A DNA stretch of 64,000 bases. Source: Ignavibacteriota bacterium. GTDB lineage: Bacteria; Bacteroidota; Ignavibacteria; Palsa-1295. The position numbers were made by a program, and so were the translations under genes. The notes below the pieces were generated by a model. It was not told the origin of the DNA. It did not search any database and saw only the letters and a list, made by a program, of their open reading frames with translations. Shown here one piece after another: positions 30,649 through 41,122 of the stretch; position 1 is the first letter of the stretch, and every line of letters starts with the position of its first letter. Location: assembly GCA_963787835.1 (NCBI GenBank), contig CAWBEI010000006.1:32001-96000 (forward strand), written 5' to 3'.

Positions 30649-33487
30649 ATGAGCCGCAATATTGAATCCGTCCTCCGCAATCGTATCTCCGGTCAAGTTC
30701 GCTTTGATGATGGCTCGCGGGCGATCTATGCAACCGATGCCTCGAACTACCGGCAGATTCCGATCGGTGTTGTCATTCCGCGCACCATTGATGATGTAAT
30801 TGCTACCGTTGCAACGGCACGAGAGTTCGACGCTCCCATTCTTTCACGGGGCGCTGGAACGAGCATCGCAGGGCAGTGCTGCAATACTGCCATCGTAATG
30901 GATTTCTCGAAATATCTGAATAAGATCATCGAGATCGATCCAGAGAAAAGACTCGCGCGAGTCCAGCCGGGAGTGGTTCTCGATGATCTTCGAAATGCAG
31001 CAGAGAAATATGGACTAACCTTCGGCCCCGATCCTGCAACACACAAGTATTGCACCCTCGGCGGAATGGTCGGCAATAATTCCTGCGGCGTGCATTCGAT
31101 CATGTCGGGACGAACGGTGGATAATATCGAATCGCTTGATGTGCTGTTGTATGATGGGACTAGGCTTCGAGTCGGAGCGGGTAGCGTGGACCGTATGGAC
31201 GGTAGTGGGCACAGTGGAATGCTTGAAAAACTTCAGACCATAGCAAACAGCTATGGTGATGAAATCCGACGGACTTTCCCGGATATTCCTCGCCGTGTTT
31301 CGGGCTATAGTATTGACCAACTACTTCCAGAGAATGGATTTCATGTTGCTCGGTCATTGGTCGGTTCAGAGGGTACTTTAGTTACCACTCTCGAAGCCAC
31401 TGTGCAGCTCATTCCATCACCGAAACAGCGTGTATTACTTGTTGCTGGCTTTGATGACTTAGCCGTTGCCGGCGACCATGTTCCATTAGTTCTTGAACAC
31501 AAACCGATCGGCCTTGAGGGCTTCGATGAGCGATTCCTGTTTGCAGTAAAAACAAAGGGATTGCGCGGTAAGCAATTCCCGGATTTTCCTGAAGGGAAGG
31601 GATGGCTCATAATTGAATTCGGAGCAGACCACCCGGATCATGCTCGTGCGCTTGCAGAAGAGTGTTCACGATCGATACAGCATGTTATGCTTGGATCCCA
31701 CATCTATGAAGGCGAAGACCAGCGCGCAATATGGGCTGTCCGCGATTCGGCGCTCGGTGGAATTTCGCGCGTTCCAGGTCAACCGGATAATTGGGAGGGG
31801 TGGGAGGATTCTGCCGTATCGCCCTTAAAGATCGGCCCTTATATTCGTGATCTACAAAAGCTTCTTACCGCTCATGGATACAGCGCCTCCATGTATGGAC
31901 ACATCGGCGATGGCTGCCTGCACAACCGTATCAACTGGGACCCCAAAAGCAAAGAGGGGATTGCACAATGGATGAAATTCGTCGAGGATGCTGCTGATCT
32001 CGTCATCAGCTATGGCGGCTCACTCTCTGGCGAGCACGGTGATGGCCAGGCTCGCGGCGCGTTGCTCCCTAAGATGTATGGGCCGAAGATCATGCAGGCA
32101 TTCGAGGAGTTTAAGCAGATCTGGGATCCCGATTGGAAAATGAATCCGGGCAAACTTATTCGTCCCTACCGAATTGATGAGCATTTGCATTATGGCGCAG
32201 ATTACTATCCATTAAGAGTCCAGACCCATTTTGCATTTCCAGATGATGAGGGAAGTTTTTCACGAGCAGTTGAGCGGTGTGTCGGTGCGGGCGTATGCCG
32301 CAAAGAGGATGGGGTCATGTGCCCAAGCTATCGTGCTACTCGCGATGAGAACGATCTTACTCGTGGCCGGGCACACGCACTATTTGAGATGCTACGGGGA
32401 GATCATCTCACAGACGGGTGGAAGAGTGAGGCGGTGAAAGAATCGCTGGATCTTTGTCTATCCTGCAAAGCTTGCAAAAGTGAATGCCCGGTGCGTGTCG
32501 ATATGGCGACGTACAAATCGGAGTTTCTGGCCCATTATTATCAAGGAAAGCTACGTCCGCGTGCCGCATATTCGATGGGATTGATCTATTGGGCGGCACG
32601 AATGGCTTCGATGGCCCCAACACTTGTGAATTGGTTAACTCACTCTCACATCACAAGCGGCTTCGTAAAATGGCTTGGCGGCATTCATCCCGAACGTGAA
32701 ATTCCTCGCTTCGCAAAACAGACCTTTAAACACTGGTTCTTCGGTCGCCCAACATTACACTCTGCGCCTTACCCTTTCCCCAAGGTCATCCTCTGGGCCG
32801 ATACGTTCAATAATCATTTCCGAACCGAGACCGCAATAGCCGCAACGACGCTATTGGAACTGGCCGGATTTGAGGTTAATGTCTATAAGCAATCGATGTG
32901 CTGCGAGACGCCCGCTTTATGATTGGGGAATGCTAAAACAATCCCGAAAGCAATTGGAGGAGATTCTCAGGATCGTCGGTCCGGATGTTGCAAATGGTAT
33001 TCCGATCATCGTCCTCGAACCAAGTTGTGCCTCTGTGTTCCGTGACGAACTCAGAAATCTGATGCCTGATCGAGAAGATGCAAAAATGCTTGCCGAAAAT
33101 GTCTATCTCTTATCTGAATTTCTCGAAAAATTTGTTCCAGATTTTGCTAGAAATTCAATGAGGGGTGATGCAATTGTCCAATTTCATTGCCATCATAGCT
33201 CTATTCTTGGCAGAGATGCCGAAGAGTCGATCCTACGCAAAAGTGGGGTGAATGCAGAAATTCTCGATGCCGGTTGTTGCGGTATGGCGGGCGCTTTTGG
33301 GTTCGATCGGAAGCATTATGATGTCTCTTTGAAAATAGGAGAACATAATGTATTTCCCAAATTGCGTGAGAAGGAAGGAGAACATATCATTATTGCAGAT
33401 GGATTTAGCTGCCAGGAGCAACTCCAACAATCATTAGGGGTTAAGGCGCATCATCTCGCGGAAGTTCTATTAAATTCTATTCACTAA
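30649..33487 (+). CDS. FAD-linked oxidase / 4Fe-4S protein (GlcD/YdiJ-like hydroxy-acid dehydrogenase), 1-nt frameshift at ~32906
   Basis: RGAGTS, GGMVGNNSCG, GEHGDG, CVGAGVC, CLSCKACKSECP and CCG motifs; CCGRPLYDWG restored by removing one base. Confidence 0.92.
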
Positions 33488-33549
33488 TTGAAGATTTTTT
33501 TCAAAAACTCTAAATTATTTTTGTAACCCGAGCGACCCAGTGCGTTCTT

Positions 33550-33755
33550 GTCTATAGGCGAGAAGATCTCGTTTCGAATGTTCTCTCATAGAAAACGGTG
33601 CGAAGTTCTCGTTCAATACATGGGAGCGCACCAGCGGAAAAACCGGTCACTCATAACTTGACACATTTTATGAGGATGCGGGAGATTGATCCGCTTTGAA
33701 TGCAGGATAAGGGGTTGCCCCGTTCGGAGATAAGGCCGAGCGGGGCATCTTTTTT
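33550..33755 (+). ncRNA. Candidate structured small RNA (unassigned)
   Basis: No ORF; stems GGTGCG/CGCACC, CTCATAA/TTATGAG and GCGG/CCGC, ending in a strong terminator; 5' end approximate. Confidence 0.35.
33716..33755 (+). terminator. Rho-independent terminator
   Basis: TGCCCCGTTCGG/CCGAGCGGGGCA stem followed by TCTTTTTT. Confidence 0.8.
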
Positions 33756-33770
33756 CATTTAAAAATTAAA

Positions 33771-33849
33771 AAGTAAGAATTAATAAATAGGGGGACGAGA
33801 ATGCGGTTCTCGACAATTCCCCCTAATTCCTAATTATTAATTCTTACTT
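33771..33849. repeat. Long hairpin built from heptamer-like arms
   Basis: AAGTAAGAATTAATAA (33771-33786) is the perfect reverse complement of TTATTAATTCTTACTT (33834-33849). Confidence 0.8.
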
Positions 33850-33855
33850 AAAAAG

Positions 33856-33928
33856 TGGACTCGAGGGGACTCGAACCCCTTACCTATAGAATGCAAATCT
33901 ATCGCTCTACCAGATGAGCTACGAGCCC
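33856..33928 (-). tRNA. tRNA-Ala (UGC)
   Basis: Cloverleaf GGGCTCG...TTGCA...GGTTCGAGTCC; G3-U70 identity pair; CCA not encoded. Confidence 0.97.
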
Positions 33929-33935
33929 TGGTGTC

Positions 33936-33995
33936 AATTTAGAATTAAGAATTGAGAATTTAGAATTGAGAATTAAGAATTGAGAATTAAGAATG
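33936..33995 (+). repeat. Tandem 7-bp repeat array (AGAATTR-like)
   Basis: aatttag aattaag aattgag aatttag aattgag aattaag aattgag aattaag. Confidence 0.9.
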
Positions 33996-34340
33996 AGGAT
34001 CATTTTCACGAGTAGATTTTATGATAGAGCTTAATATTTTACATAGCTCGTCACAATCTTTGAGGAAGGAGTTCGCAAGACGTGTCTCGATTTTCTTCGA
34101 TTCACGAAGAAGAGCAAGGCAATAGAGCGTCTCACGTGCTTCTTTGTAAGCAATCGCCATTTTTGCAATGAACTCTTTTCGTGAAACGGCTGCATCGGCT
34201 TCGGCTATATTTGCTCCGATACCAGTCCCAGAACTTGATCCGAAAGAACGAAGGATCGCTTCTCATGAAGCTGATCCGCAAGTTTGATAATTCTTAGCCC
34301 GAAGGCAAAGCCTTTTCGGGCGGATTACACTATCCTTCAT
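33987..34340 (-). pseudogene. Four-helix-bundle protein (23S rRNA intervening-sequence protein family), disrupted
   Basis: Frame-spliced translation MKDSVI...FAFGLRIIKLADQL...LSDQV/SGTGIGANIAEA...SRKEFIAKMAIAYKEARETLY; two indels (~34318, ~34232). Confidence 0.85.
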
Positions 34341-34358
34341 TACAGATCATCTTCCCCA

Positions 34359-34385
34359 TAATTCTTAATTCATAATTCTAAATTG
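34359..34385 (-). repeat. Inverted copy of the 7-bp repeat array
   Basis: taattct taattca taattct aaattg. Confidence 0.8.
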
Positions 34386-34390
34386 AGTTG

Positions 34391-34464
34391 TGGGCCTAAG
34401 TGGAGTTGAACCACTGACCTCCCGCTTATCAGGCGGACGCTCTAACCAACTGAGCTATAGGCCC
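34391..34464 (-). tRNA. tRNA-Ile (GAU)
   Basis: GGGCCTATAGCTCAGTTGGTTAGAGC...CTGATAA...GGTTCAACTCC...TAGGCCCA. Confidence 0.97.
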
Positions 34465-34470
34465 CTGTTT

Positions 34471-34503
34471 CAATTAAGAAGTAAGAATGGAGAATTAAGA
34501 ATA
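34471..34503 (+). repeat. Further 7-bp repeat array upstream of tRNA-Ile
   Basis: aattaag aagtaag aatggag aattaag aat. Confidence 0.75.
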
Positions 34504-34705
34504 AAAGCTCTCGATTCGTTTCCTGATTGAGCGGCGAGTTAACGGGATGGGTAGTTTTCGCGTTCCCCCAACCGCTCCGCTTAAATACGCTTTGTTATGC
34601 TAAACTCTTATTCGATATGCGCTGTTATTCGGGACAACGCATAAACTAACAACTGTTAGTTACGTCGAGAATTTTCTTGTCGATCTAAAAAGGAGATACA
34701 CGCCA

Positions 34706-35050
34706 ATGGCTATTATGATTACGACTGAATGCATCAACTGCGGTGCATGCGAGCCGGAATGCCCGAACAATGCGATCTACGAAGGCGGAGCGAACTGGAC
34801 GCTCGGCGGTCAAAACTTCGGAGCAACCGATCCCGGCCCGAGCGGTGCAGTCGGCTTTTTCTCCTCGGACTATTTTTATATCGTGCCCGATAAATGCACC
34901 GAATGTGTAACCTTTCACGACGAGCCCCAGTGCGCTGCCGTTTGCCCGGTAGATTGCTGCATCCCCGATCCTAACTGGCGCGAACCACAGGAACAGCTCG
35001 AAGCCAAAGTGAAATGGCTCGATGAAGTCGATCCCGGACGCAAACGGTAA
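34706..35050 (+). CDS. 4Fe-4S dicluster ferredoxin (YfhL-like)
   Basis: CINCGACEPECP and CTEC...PQCAAVCPVDCC; AGGAG RBS. Confidence 0.95.
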   Translation: MAIMITTECINCGACEPECPNNAIYEGGANWTLGGQNFGATDPGPSGAVGFFSSDYFYIVPDKCTECVTFHDEPQCAAVCPVDCCIPDPNWREPQEQLEAKVKWLDEVDPGRKR

Positions 35051-35053
35051 CGA

Positions 35054-35893
35054 ATGACCGTCGGATCATATACCCTTACCCCTATCGAGACCGGCCGCTT
35101 TGCTTTAGACGGCGGTGCAATGTTTGGCGTGGTTCCTAAAAACTTGTGGAACCGGACAAATCCTGCTGACGAGCAGAATCGCATCGATATGGCGCTTCGT
35201 GCCCTGCTTGTGCAGGGTAACGGAATGAGCATCCTCGTCGATTCTGGAATGGGAGATAAGTACGACGAAAAAACAAGAAACATCTATAAGCTGGATCATT
35301 CCACCTTCACCCTCCATGCTTCTCTTGCTGAACGTGGATTGAAGCCGGAGCACATCACGCACGTCATTCAAACACATCTGCATTTTGACCATTGCGGAGG
35401 ATTGGTCTCGCAGACGGCGACGGGTGAATACGTTCCGACGTTTCCTAACGCGAAAGTTTTCGTCCAAAAAGAAAATTTGAAATGGGCGCGCAACCCAACC
35501 GATAAAGATCGGGCAAGTTACCTGACACAGGACTGGGAAGCGATCGTCGCAAATGGGATGCTTGAAGAATTGGACGGCGCCGGGGAGATTTTTCCGGGAA
35601 TTGATCTTCGAATATTTAATGGGCATACTCGGGCTCAGCAACTTCCACTCATTTCAGACGACGCGGGAAACAAACTATTCTTTTGTGCCGACCTTTTCCC
35701 TACCAAAGCGCATATAAATTTGCCCTGGATAATGGGATATGATAATTTCCCGCTCACGACGCTTGAAGAAAAACGGACACTATTGCCAGAAGCCTATGAG
35801 GATGGATGGAAGCTTTTCCTTGAGCATGACCCTGGAAGTGCCATAATTCGTATAGAATCAACTCCTAAAGGATTTCGGGCTGCCGAAAACTGA
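35054..35893 (+). CDS. MBL-fold metallo-hydrolase (YtnP-like)
   Basis: LDGGAMFGVVPK, THLHFDHCGG, GHT, ADL and FLEHD motifs. Confidence 0.92.
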   Translation: MTVGSYTLTPIETGRFALDGGAMFGVVPKNLWNRTNPADEQNRIDMALRALLVQGNGMSILVDSGMGDKYDEKTRNIYKLDHSTFTLHASLAERGLKPEHITHVIQTHLHFDHCGGLVSQTATGEYVPTFPNAKVFVQKENLKWARNPTDKDRASYLTQDWEAIVANGMLEELDGAGEIFPGIDLRIFNGHTRAQQLPLISDDAGNKLFFCADLFPTKAHINLPWIMGYDNFPLTTLEEKRTLLPEAYEDGWKLFLEHDPGSAIIRIESTPKGFRAAEN

Positions 35894-36100
35894 GATTTTG
35901 GTCTAAATTCGATATTTTCAACCAAATCACTAAATTATTAACAATTTGGAAATAATTTGGTAATTTCCCTTGACTGCTTAGGCAGAATTGGTTATTTTTG
36001 TATCGGTTGCTTGTGCATTCTGCCTGAGTGATCACTATGGAACTGTCCGATTGACGGTTTCAAGCCTTAATCTTTTCATCAACTATTTGGAGGTATTACA

Positions 36101-36760
36101 ATGAGTCGTTCTTTTTCAAAGATCGTTACATGTGCGTTCGTTCTTGCATTTGTGTTCGGAGTCGCCCGGACTTCTTTTGCGCAAGAAGATAACAGCATCA
36201 TCCGTCCAATCACCAAACAAGGCAGTGCCGCTATGATTTTCGAATTGGCAGGCATTGGCACATTCGGATTTAGCGGCCCTGGCATCCTGGGCTTCGGAAT
36301 GCCGGCCGTAGGAGGAAAGTATTATGTTTCCGACGATATGGATATTTTTGTCCTCGCTGGACTCAATAGCTCCAGTGGCAGCGATAGTATCGCCAGTACG
36401 CAGAGTGCAAAACCGAGCTCAACCGATTTCGGGATCGCTGCCGGTGTGCAAGCGCATTTTCGGCCGCTCTATTCTACATCCCCTTATGTTGGCGGCGTGG
36501 TTAGTTTCGGAAGCCACTCCGATGATGAAGGACTATCGAGTAACGATGTAAAGCATTCTTCCAGTACCTTTGGGATTGCGGCACTTGCGGGCTTCGATTG
36601 GTTTTTTACTCACGGGCTTTGCCTCGGAGGAGAAATGACGCTTGGTTTTAGGTCTACAAGCAGTTCCCAAACGGTCGAAGGGACGACAACGGATTCACAG
36701 GGAACAACCGTCATTGCACTCGCGACAAATGCCAGCGTCCACCTGAACGTCTATTTTTAA
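36101..36760 (+). CDS. Outer-membrane beta-barrel protein
   Basis: Signal peptide, alternating beta-strand pattern, C-terminal LNVYF; GGAGG RBS. Confidence 0.85.
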   Translation: MSRSFSKIVTCAFVLAFVFGVARTSFAQEDNSIIRPITKQGSAAMIFELAGIGTFGFSGPGILGFGMPAVGGKYYVSDDMDIFVLAGLNSSSGSDSIASTQSAKPSSTDFGIAAGVQAHFRPLYSTSPYVGGVVSFGSHSDDEGLSSNDVKHSSSTFGIAALAGFDWFFTHGLCLGGEMTLGFRSTSSSQTVEGTTTDSQGTTVIALATNASVHLNVYF

Positions 36761-36781
36761 ATCATCTGATCATCCTTGTCA

Positions 36782-36809
36782 AAAAAGCCCTTCTCTGGAA
36801 GGGCTTTTT
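36782..36809 (+). terminator. Rho-independent (bidirectional-type) terminator
   Basis: AAAAAGCCCTTC-tctg-GAAGGGCTTTTT. Confidence 0.85.
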
Positions 36810-36845
36810 CGTTATTTGGTGTTCTCATCCATAATTTAATTATTT

Positions 36846-38471
36846 ATTAAGCTTACGGAAACCGACGTACTCGTTCTTGGCTCCGGCTCTGCCGGATTAT
36901 TCTTTGCCCTCACGGTCGCGGAGCGGTCGAAGATGCGCGTGCTTATTATTACAAAGAAGGAGCGTTCGGAATCGAACACCAATTATGCGCAGGGAGGTAT
37001 CGCGAGCGTTGTTAGTGCCGACGATTCAATTGAATCACACTATCGGGATACCATAACCGCAGGGGCTGGATTGTGTCACGAAGATGCGGTCCGGGTGTTG
37101 GTTGATGAGGGTCCGGATCGTGTTAAAGATCTGATACAGCTTGGCGCACGCTTCACCCGCACTCGAAGTGGCTCGCTCGATCTTGGACTTGAAGGTGGCC
37201 ATTCGGCAAACCGGATCGTTCATGCCAAAGATTTTACCGGTCGAGAACTTGAACGTGCGTTGCTTCAGGCCGTTCAGGAGCATCCCCAGATAACTATTCT
37301 TGAAAATCATTTTGCCGTTGAATTACTAACCGACCATCAACGGAAACACGGTCACGTTTCGAAGAATGGACATCCGCTCTCTTGCTATGGTGCATATATT
37401 CTTGAAGAGGCAACAGGGAAGGTAAGCATTTGCCGAGCTAATGCGGCAATCATGTTAGCAACGGGCGGTGTGGGTCAGGTCTATCTGCACACAACGAACC
37501 CTGTTATCGCAACCGGCGATGGGGTAGCAATGGCGTACCGCGCCGGCGCGAAGATCGGTAATATGGAATTTATCCAGTTCCATCCGACCACCCTTTACGC
37601 TCCGGAGGCAAATTCATTCCTGATCAGCGAAGCGGTTCGTGGCGCCGGTGGGATCTTGAAAAATCGAGGTGGTGAACGATTTATGAAGCACTACGCTCCG
37701 AAACAAATGGAATTGGCTCCCCGTGATGTGGTCGCTCGTGCGATCGACGCAGAATTGAAACGGCGTGGCGACAGCTACGTTTTCCTCGATGTCTCACACC
37801 TCCCGGCGCGCGCGATCCGACATGAATTCCCGAGTATTTACACCAGATGCAAAGAACTGGGTCTGGACATTACGAAACAACCGATTCCGGTAGTACCGGC
37901 GGCTCATTACAGTTGCGGTGGTATTGTGGCATCGCTTGATGGAACGACGAATATCGACCGCCTTTATGTATCCGGTGAATCATCCATGACGGGTGTTCAC
38001 GGCGCCAACCGGCTTGCCAGCAATTCGTTGCTGGAAGCGCTCGTCTGGTCGCAGCGCGCTGCAGCAGATCTGATGAAACGAAGCGGTAATAAACGAACGA
38101 AGCAATCGAAAATCGAATTGATGGAATGGGATGAATCAGGCACGGCGAATGCCGAAGAGTGGATCTACATTTCTCATGACCGCAGGGAAGTCCAGGAATT
38201 AATGTGGGATTATGCTGGCATCGTTCGCAGTAATTATCGCCTTTTGCGAGCGGAACGAAGACTTAAGCTGATCCGCAAAGAGATCGAAGAATATTACCGG
38301 CGCACCCGTGTTACTGTGCCATTGCTCGAACTTAGAAACACAGCAGAAGTTGCATTGCTCATCGTTCGTTCAGCGTTACGGCGAAAAGAGAGCCGCGGGT
38401 TGCATTATACAACGGATTTTCCGAAGACGGATGATGTTCATTGGCGGCACGATACCATTATTGCCCAATAA
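36846..38471 (+). CDS. nadB: L-aspartate oxidase (apparent ATT start; first ATG at 36933 omits the FAD-binding motif)
   Basis: In-frame DVLVLGSGSAGL upstream of the first ATG; SNTNYAQGGIA, EGGHS, QFHPT, HYSCGG, HGANRLASNSL. Confidence 0.93.
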   Translation: MKLTETDVLVLGSGSAGLFFALTVAERSKMRVLIITKKERSESNTNYAQGGIASVVSADDSIESHYRDTITAGAGLCHEDAVRVLVDEGPDRVKDLIQLGARFTRTRSGSLDLGLEGGHSANRIVHAKDFTGRELERALLQAVQEHPQITILENHFAVELLTDHQRKHGHVSKNGHPLSCYGAYILEEATGKVSICRANAAIMLATGGVGQVYLHTTNPVIATGDGVAMAYRAGAKIGNMEFIQFHPTTLYAPEANSFLISEAVRGAGGILKNRGGERFMKHYAPKQMELAPRDVVARAIDAELKRRGDSYVFLDVSHLPARAIRHEFPSIYTRCKELGLDITKQPIPVVPAAHYSCGGIVASLDGTTNIDRLYVSGESSMTGVHGANRLASNSLLEALVWSQRAAADLMKRSGNKRTKQSKIELMEWDESGTANAEEWIYISHDRREVQELMWDYAGIVRSNYRLLRAERRLKLIRKEIEEYYRRTRVTVPLLELRNTAEVALLIVRSALRRKESRGLHYTTDFPKTDDVHWRHDTIIAQ

Positions 38472-38491
38472 TACATTTTCACACACCCACC

Positions 38492-39397
38492 ATGAAAGCT
38501 CTTCCAACCTCTCAAAATTTTCTTGCATTACCGAAAGAATCGAGCAGCTACGCTTCGAGCAAGATCGTCATTCTCTCTGCTCCGTATGAAAAGACGGTTA
38601 GCTATGGCGGCGGCACTGCAAAAGGCCCTGATGCCATTATTAAAGCTTCCCAATATGTAGAATTCTTCGATGACGAGTTTTTTAAGGAACTCTGCTTCGA
38701 GCAAGGGATCGCAACATTGCCTCCCGTAGCCTTTGGCAAGCATGTTGGCAAGCCTATGCTGGATCAACTGCAGCGAGCAGTATCAGAACAGATCGAAAAT
38801 AATAAATTCGTCGTGACGCTCGGCGGCGAGCACACGATCGCTACAGCACCGCTCATGGCGCACTATGCACATTATCCTAAAATGTCCGTGCTTCATTTCG
38901 ATGCGCATTCGGATCTTCGCATGGAGTATTCCGGTACGCCGTATAGCCACGCCTGCTTCATGGCGCGTGTGGCAGACGCCGGGTTCCCAATGAAACGAGT
39001 GGTTCAGGTCGGCATTCGAGCCCAGGAAAAAGCGGAATTCGAATATGCAAAAAAAATAGGCGTAAGAACCTTTTACGCGACCCGAATCCGCAGACGTGAG
39101 CATGGCCTGGACTGGCAAAAGAATATCGCCAAAGCGCTTCCTTCTAATGATGTCTATGTGACCTTCGATGTCGATTATTTCGACCCCTCGATCATGCCAT
39201 CTACCGGTACACCGGAGCCGGATGGATTTGGGTGGAATGAAACAATGGAGATCTTCCGAGAATTAAACCGGGCAGGGAAGAGAATCATCGGATTTGACGT
39301 CGTAGAACTCAGTCCCGATCCAAAAGCAAAACATGCAACTTATCTCGCAGCTAAGTTAGTGTATCGGATGCTGAACTTTGCATTCGCCAGATCGTAA
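38492..39397 (+). CDS. speB: Agmatinase
   Basis: LGGEH, DAHSD, SHAC and TFDVDYFDPSIMPSTGTPEP ureohydrolase motifs. Confidence 0.9.
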   Translation: MKALPTSQNFLALPKESSSYASSKIVILSAPYEKTVSYGGGTAKGPDAIIKASQYVEFFDDEFFKELCFEQGIATLPPVAFGKHVGKPMLDQLQRAVSEQIENNKFVVTLGGEHTIATAPLMAHYAHYPKMSVLHFDAHSDLRMEYSGTPYSHACFMARVADAGFPMKRVVQVGIRAQEKAEFEYAKKIGVRTFYATRIRRREHGLDWQKNIAKALPSNDVYVTFDVDYFDPSIMPSTGTPEPDGFGWNETMEIFRELNRAGKRIIGFDVVELSPDPKAKHATYLAAKLVYRMLNFAFARS

Positions 39398-39399
39398 GG

Positions 39400-39945
39400 T
39401 CATTCGATCACAATATCGAATCCCGCCAATAAATTGAGCACTTCCGGCGAAGAGAATCGCGCGCCTTTCACTTTATTCAAAGTGGGGTCGATGAAGTAAC
39501 CTGTCGCATACCGGAAATTGGCTTTGGTAAGATTGGTATTCCTAAATACACAATTATCAAATGTCGTATTCGTAATATCAGCAGCAGAAAGATCCGCGTC
39601 AGAAAAATCGACATTGTGAAGTTCGCAACCTGTGATCTTTATGCTGTGAAGTTTCAGCTCCGCGAAGGAGGAATGCCGAATAAGACACTCATGAAAGCTC
39701 AACGAGAGCAATGCTCGCTTGGCAGTGAAAAAATTGATCCCTTCGATCTTAGAGTGATTAAACGCCGCCTGAATAACAGCACCTTGTATCTTGACCGAGC
39801 TTAACTGACATCGTTCGAAAATACAATCAATAAACTTCCTATTGCTTAGGTCGAGATTGAGGGCGGTCTCACCCTGGAAGGTTACACCTTCAAAGTCACT
39901 GTCAGAGAGGAAAATGGAGGCAGGTTCGTTTTCCTCCTGTATCAT
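39400..39945 (-). CDS. Pentapeptide-repeat protein
   Basis: Repeated A(D/N)L/F-type pentapeptides (VDFSDADLSAADIT, TNLTKANF). Confidence 0.9.
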   Translation of the reverse strand: MIQEENEPASIFLSDSDFEGVTFQGETALNLDLSNRKFIDCIFERCQLSSVKIQGAVIQAAFNHSKIEGINFFTAKRALLSLSFHECLIRHSSFAELKLHSIKITGCELHNVDFSDADLSAADITNTTFDNCVFRNTNLTKANFRYATGYFIDPTLNKVKGARFSSPEVLNLLAGFDIVIE

Positions 39946-39949
39946 CGAA

Positions 39950-40951
39950 TTATGCCTCCACCAAATTCGCTGGACGTTCCGCCTTCACTTTATCCCAATG
40001 ATGACAGGCGCATAAATGTCCCTTTTCATGCTCGATGAGTGCCGGTTCCTCTTTATAGCAAATTTCTGTCGCCCAGGCACAGCGCGTATTGAAATTACAT
40101 CCGACCGGGAAGTTGACCGGTGAAGGAACGGTTCCTTCAATGGTCATCAAACGTTCGGATTCCACGTGAAGTTTCGGAATAGATCCAAGTAGTCCGACGG
40201 TATAGGGATGAAGCGGATTATGGAATATTTCATCGACGGCGGAATATTCCACGATGTGGGAGGCATACATCACGGCGACCTTATCGGCCGTCTCAGCGAT
40301 AACGCCGAGATCATGGGTGATGAGGATGACGCCCATACCCAGTTCTTGCTGAAGTTTGTTAATGAGTTCGAGGATCTGAGCCTGTACCGTTACATCGAGA
40401 GCGGTCGTTGGCTCGTCAGCGATCAGAATATCCGGATTGCAGGAAAGCGCGATGGCGATCATCACACGCTGACGCATCCCACCGGAGAGTTGGTGCGGAT
40501 ACTCGGCATATCGCTGCTCAGGTGCAGGAATACCAACAAGCCGCAGCATTTCGATGGCCTTCTCTTTTGCTTGCTCCTGCGATACTTTTTGGTGCAGCAA
40601 AATAGACTCCTCGATCTGGTTTCCAACGGTAAATACCGGATTCAGGGAAGTCATCGGCTCCTGAAAGATCATCCCGATCTTGTTGCCGCGAATTTTCCGC
40701 ATTTCTTCTTCCGGCAGCTTAAGCAGATCCTTGCCATCAAAAAGAACTTCGCCGCCAACGGTTTTGCCGGGCGGATCGGGGATCAGTCGCATGATCGAAA
40801 GCGCCGTTACGGATTTGCCGCAGCCGGATTCGCCGACGACGCCGAGCGTCTCACGACGATCGACAGTGTAGCTTACGTCATCGACCGACTTTGCTACGCC
40901 GTCGTCGGTAAAGAAATAGGTTTGGAGATGCTTAACTTCGAGTAATGCCAT
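39950..40951 (-). CDS. oppD: Oligopeptide/dipeptide ABC transporter ATP-binding subunit
   Basis: [29 protein letters not shown] and C-terminal Cys cluster. Confidence 0.9.
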   Translation of the reverse strand: MALLEVKHLQTYFFTDDGVAKSVDDVSYTVDRRETLGVVGESGCGKSVTALSIMRLIPDPPGKTVGGEVLFDGKDLLKLPEEEMRKIRGNKIGMIFQEPMTSLNPVFTVGNQIEESILLHQKVSQEQAKEKAIEMLRLVGIPAPEQRYAEYPHQLSGGMRQRVMIAIALSCNPDILIADEPTTALDVTVQAQILELINKLQQELGMGVILITHDLGVIAETADKVAVMYASHIVEYSAVDEIFHNPLHPYTVGLLGSIPKLHVESERLMTIEGTVPSPVNFPVGCNFNTRCAWATEICYKEEPALIEHEKGHLCACHHWDKVKAERPANLVEA

Positions 40952-41066
40952 GAATTAATGTGAAGATGCAAAATTGCGAGTTGTCAACTGAATGAAGAAA
41001 ACTTTCGCTCCTTGAACATCAAAATCAGTTGAATTTGTGATTATTAGCTTGCCGATTGCATGGCCT

Positions 41067-41093
41067 TGTAACATTCGGTATTCCCAATGTGTC
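41067..41093 (+). promoter_or_regulatory. Candidate ECF-type (autoregulatory) promoter
   Basis: TGTAAC-N17-TGTC immediately upstream of the ECF sigma gene. Confidence 0.45.
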
Positions 41094-41122
41094 CTATTCG
41101 TATGAGCGAGTAAGCTCTATTC

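Noticed and set aside
33936-33995. CRISPR array or DGR
   Set aside because: 7-bp tandem units without spacers; no cas gene, reverse transcriptase or TR/VR pair seen in the window.
40208-40945. 245-aa antisense ORF (also 21746-22387, 24553-25107, 46743-47231 and others)
   Set aside because: Typical antisense shadows of conserved genes; no independent motifs.
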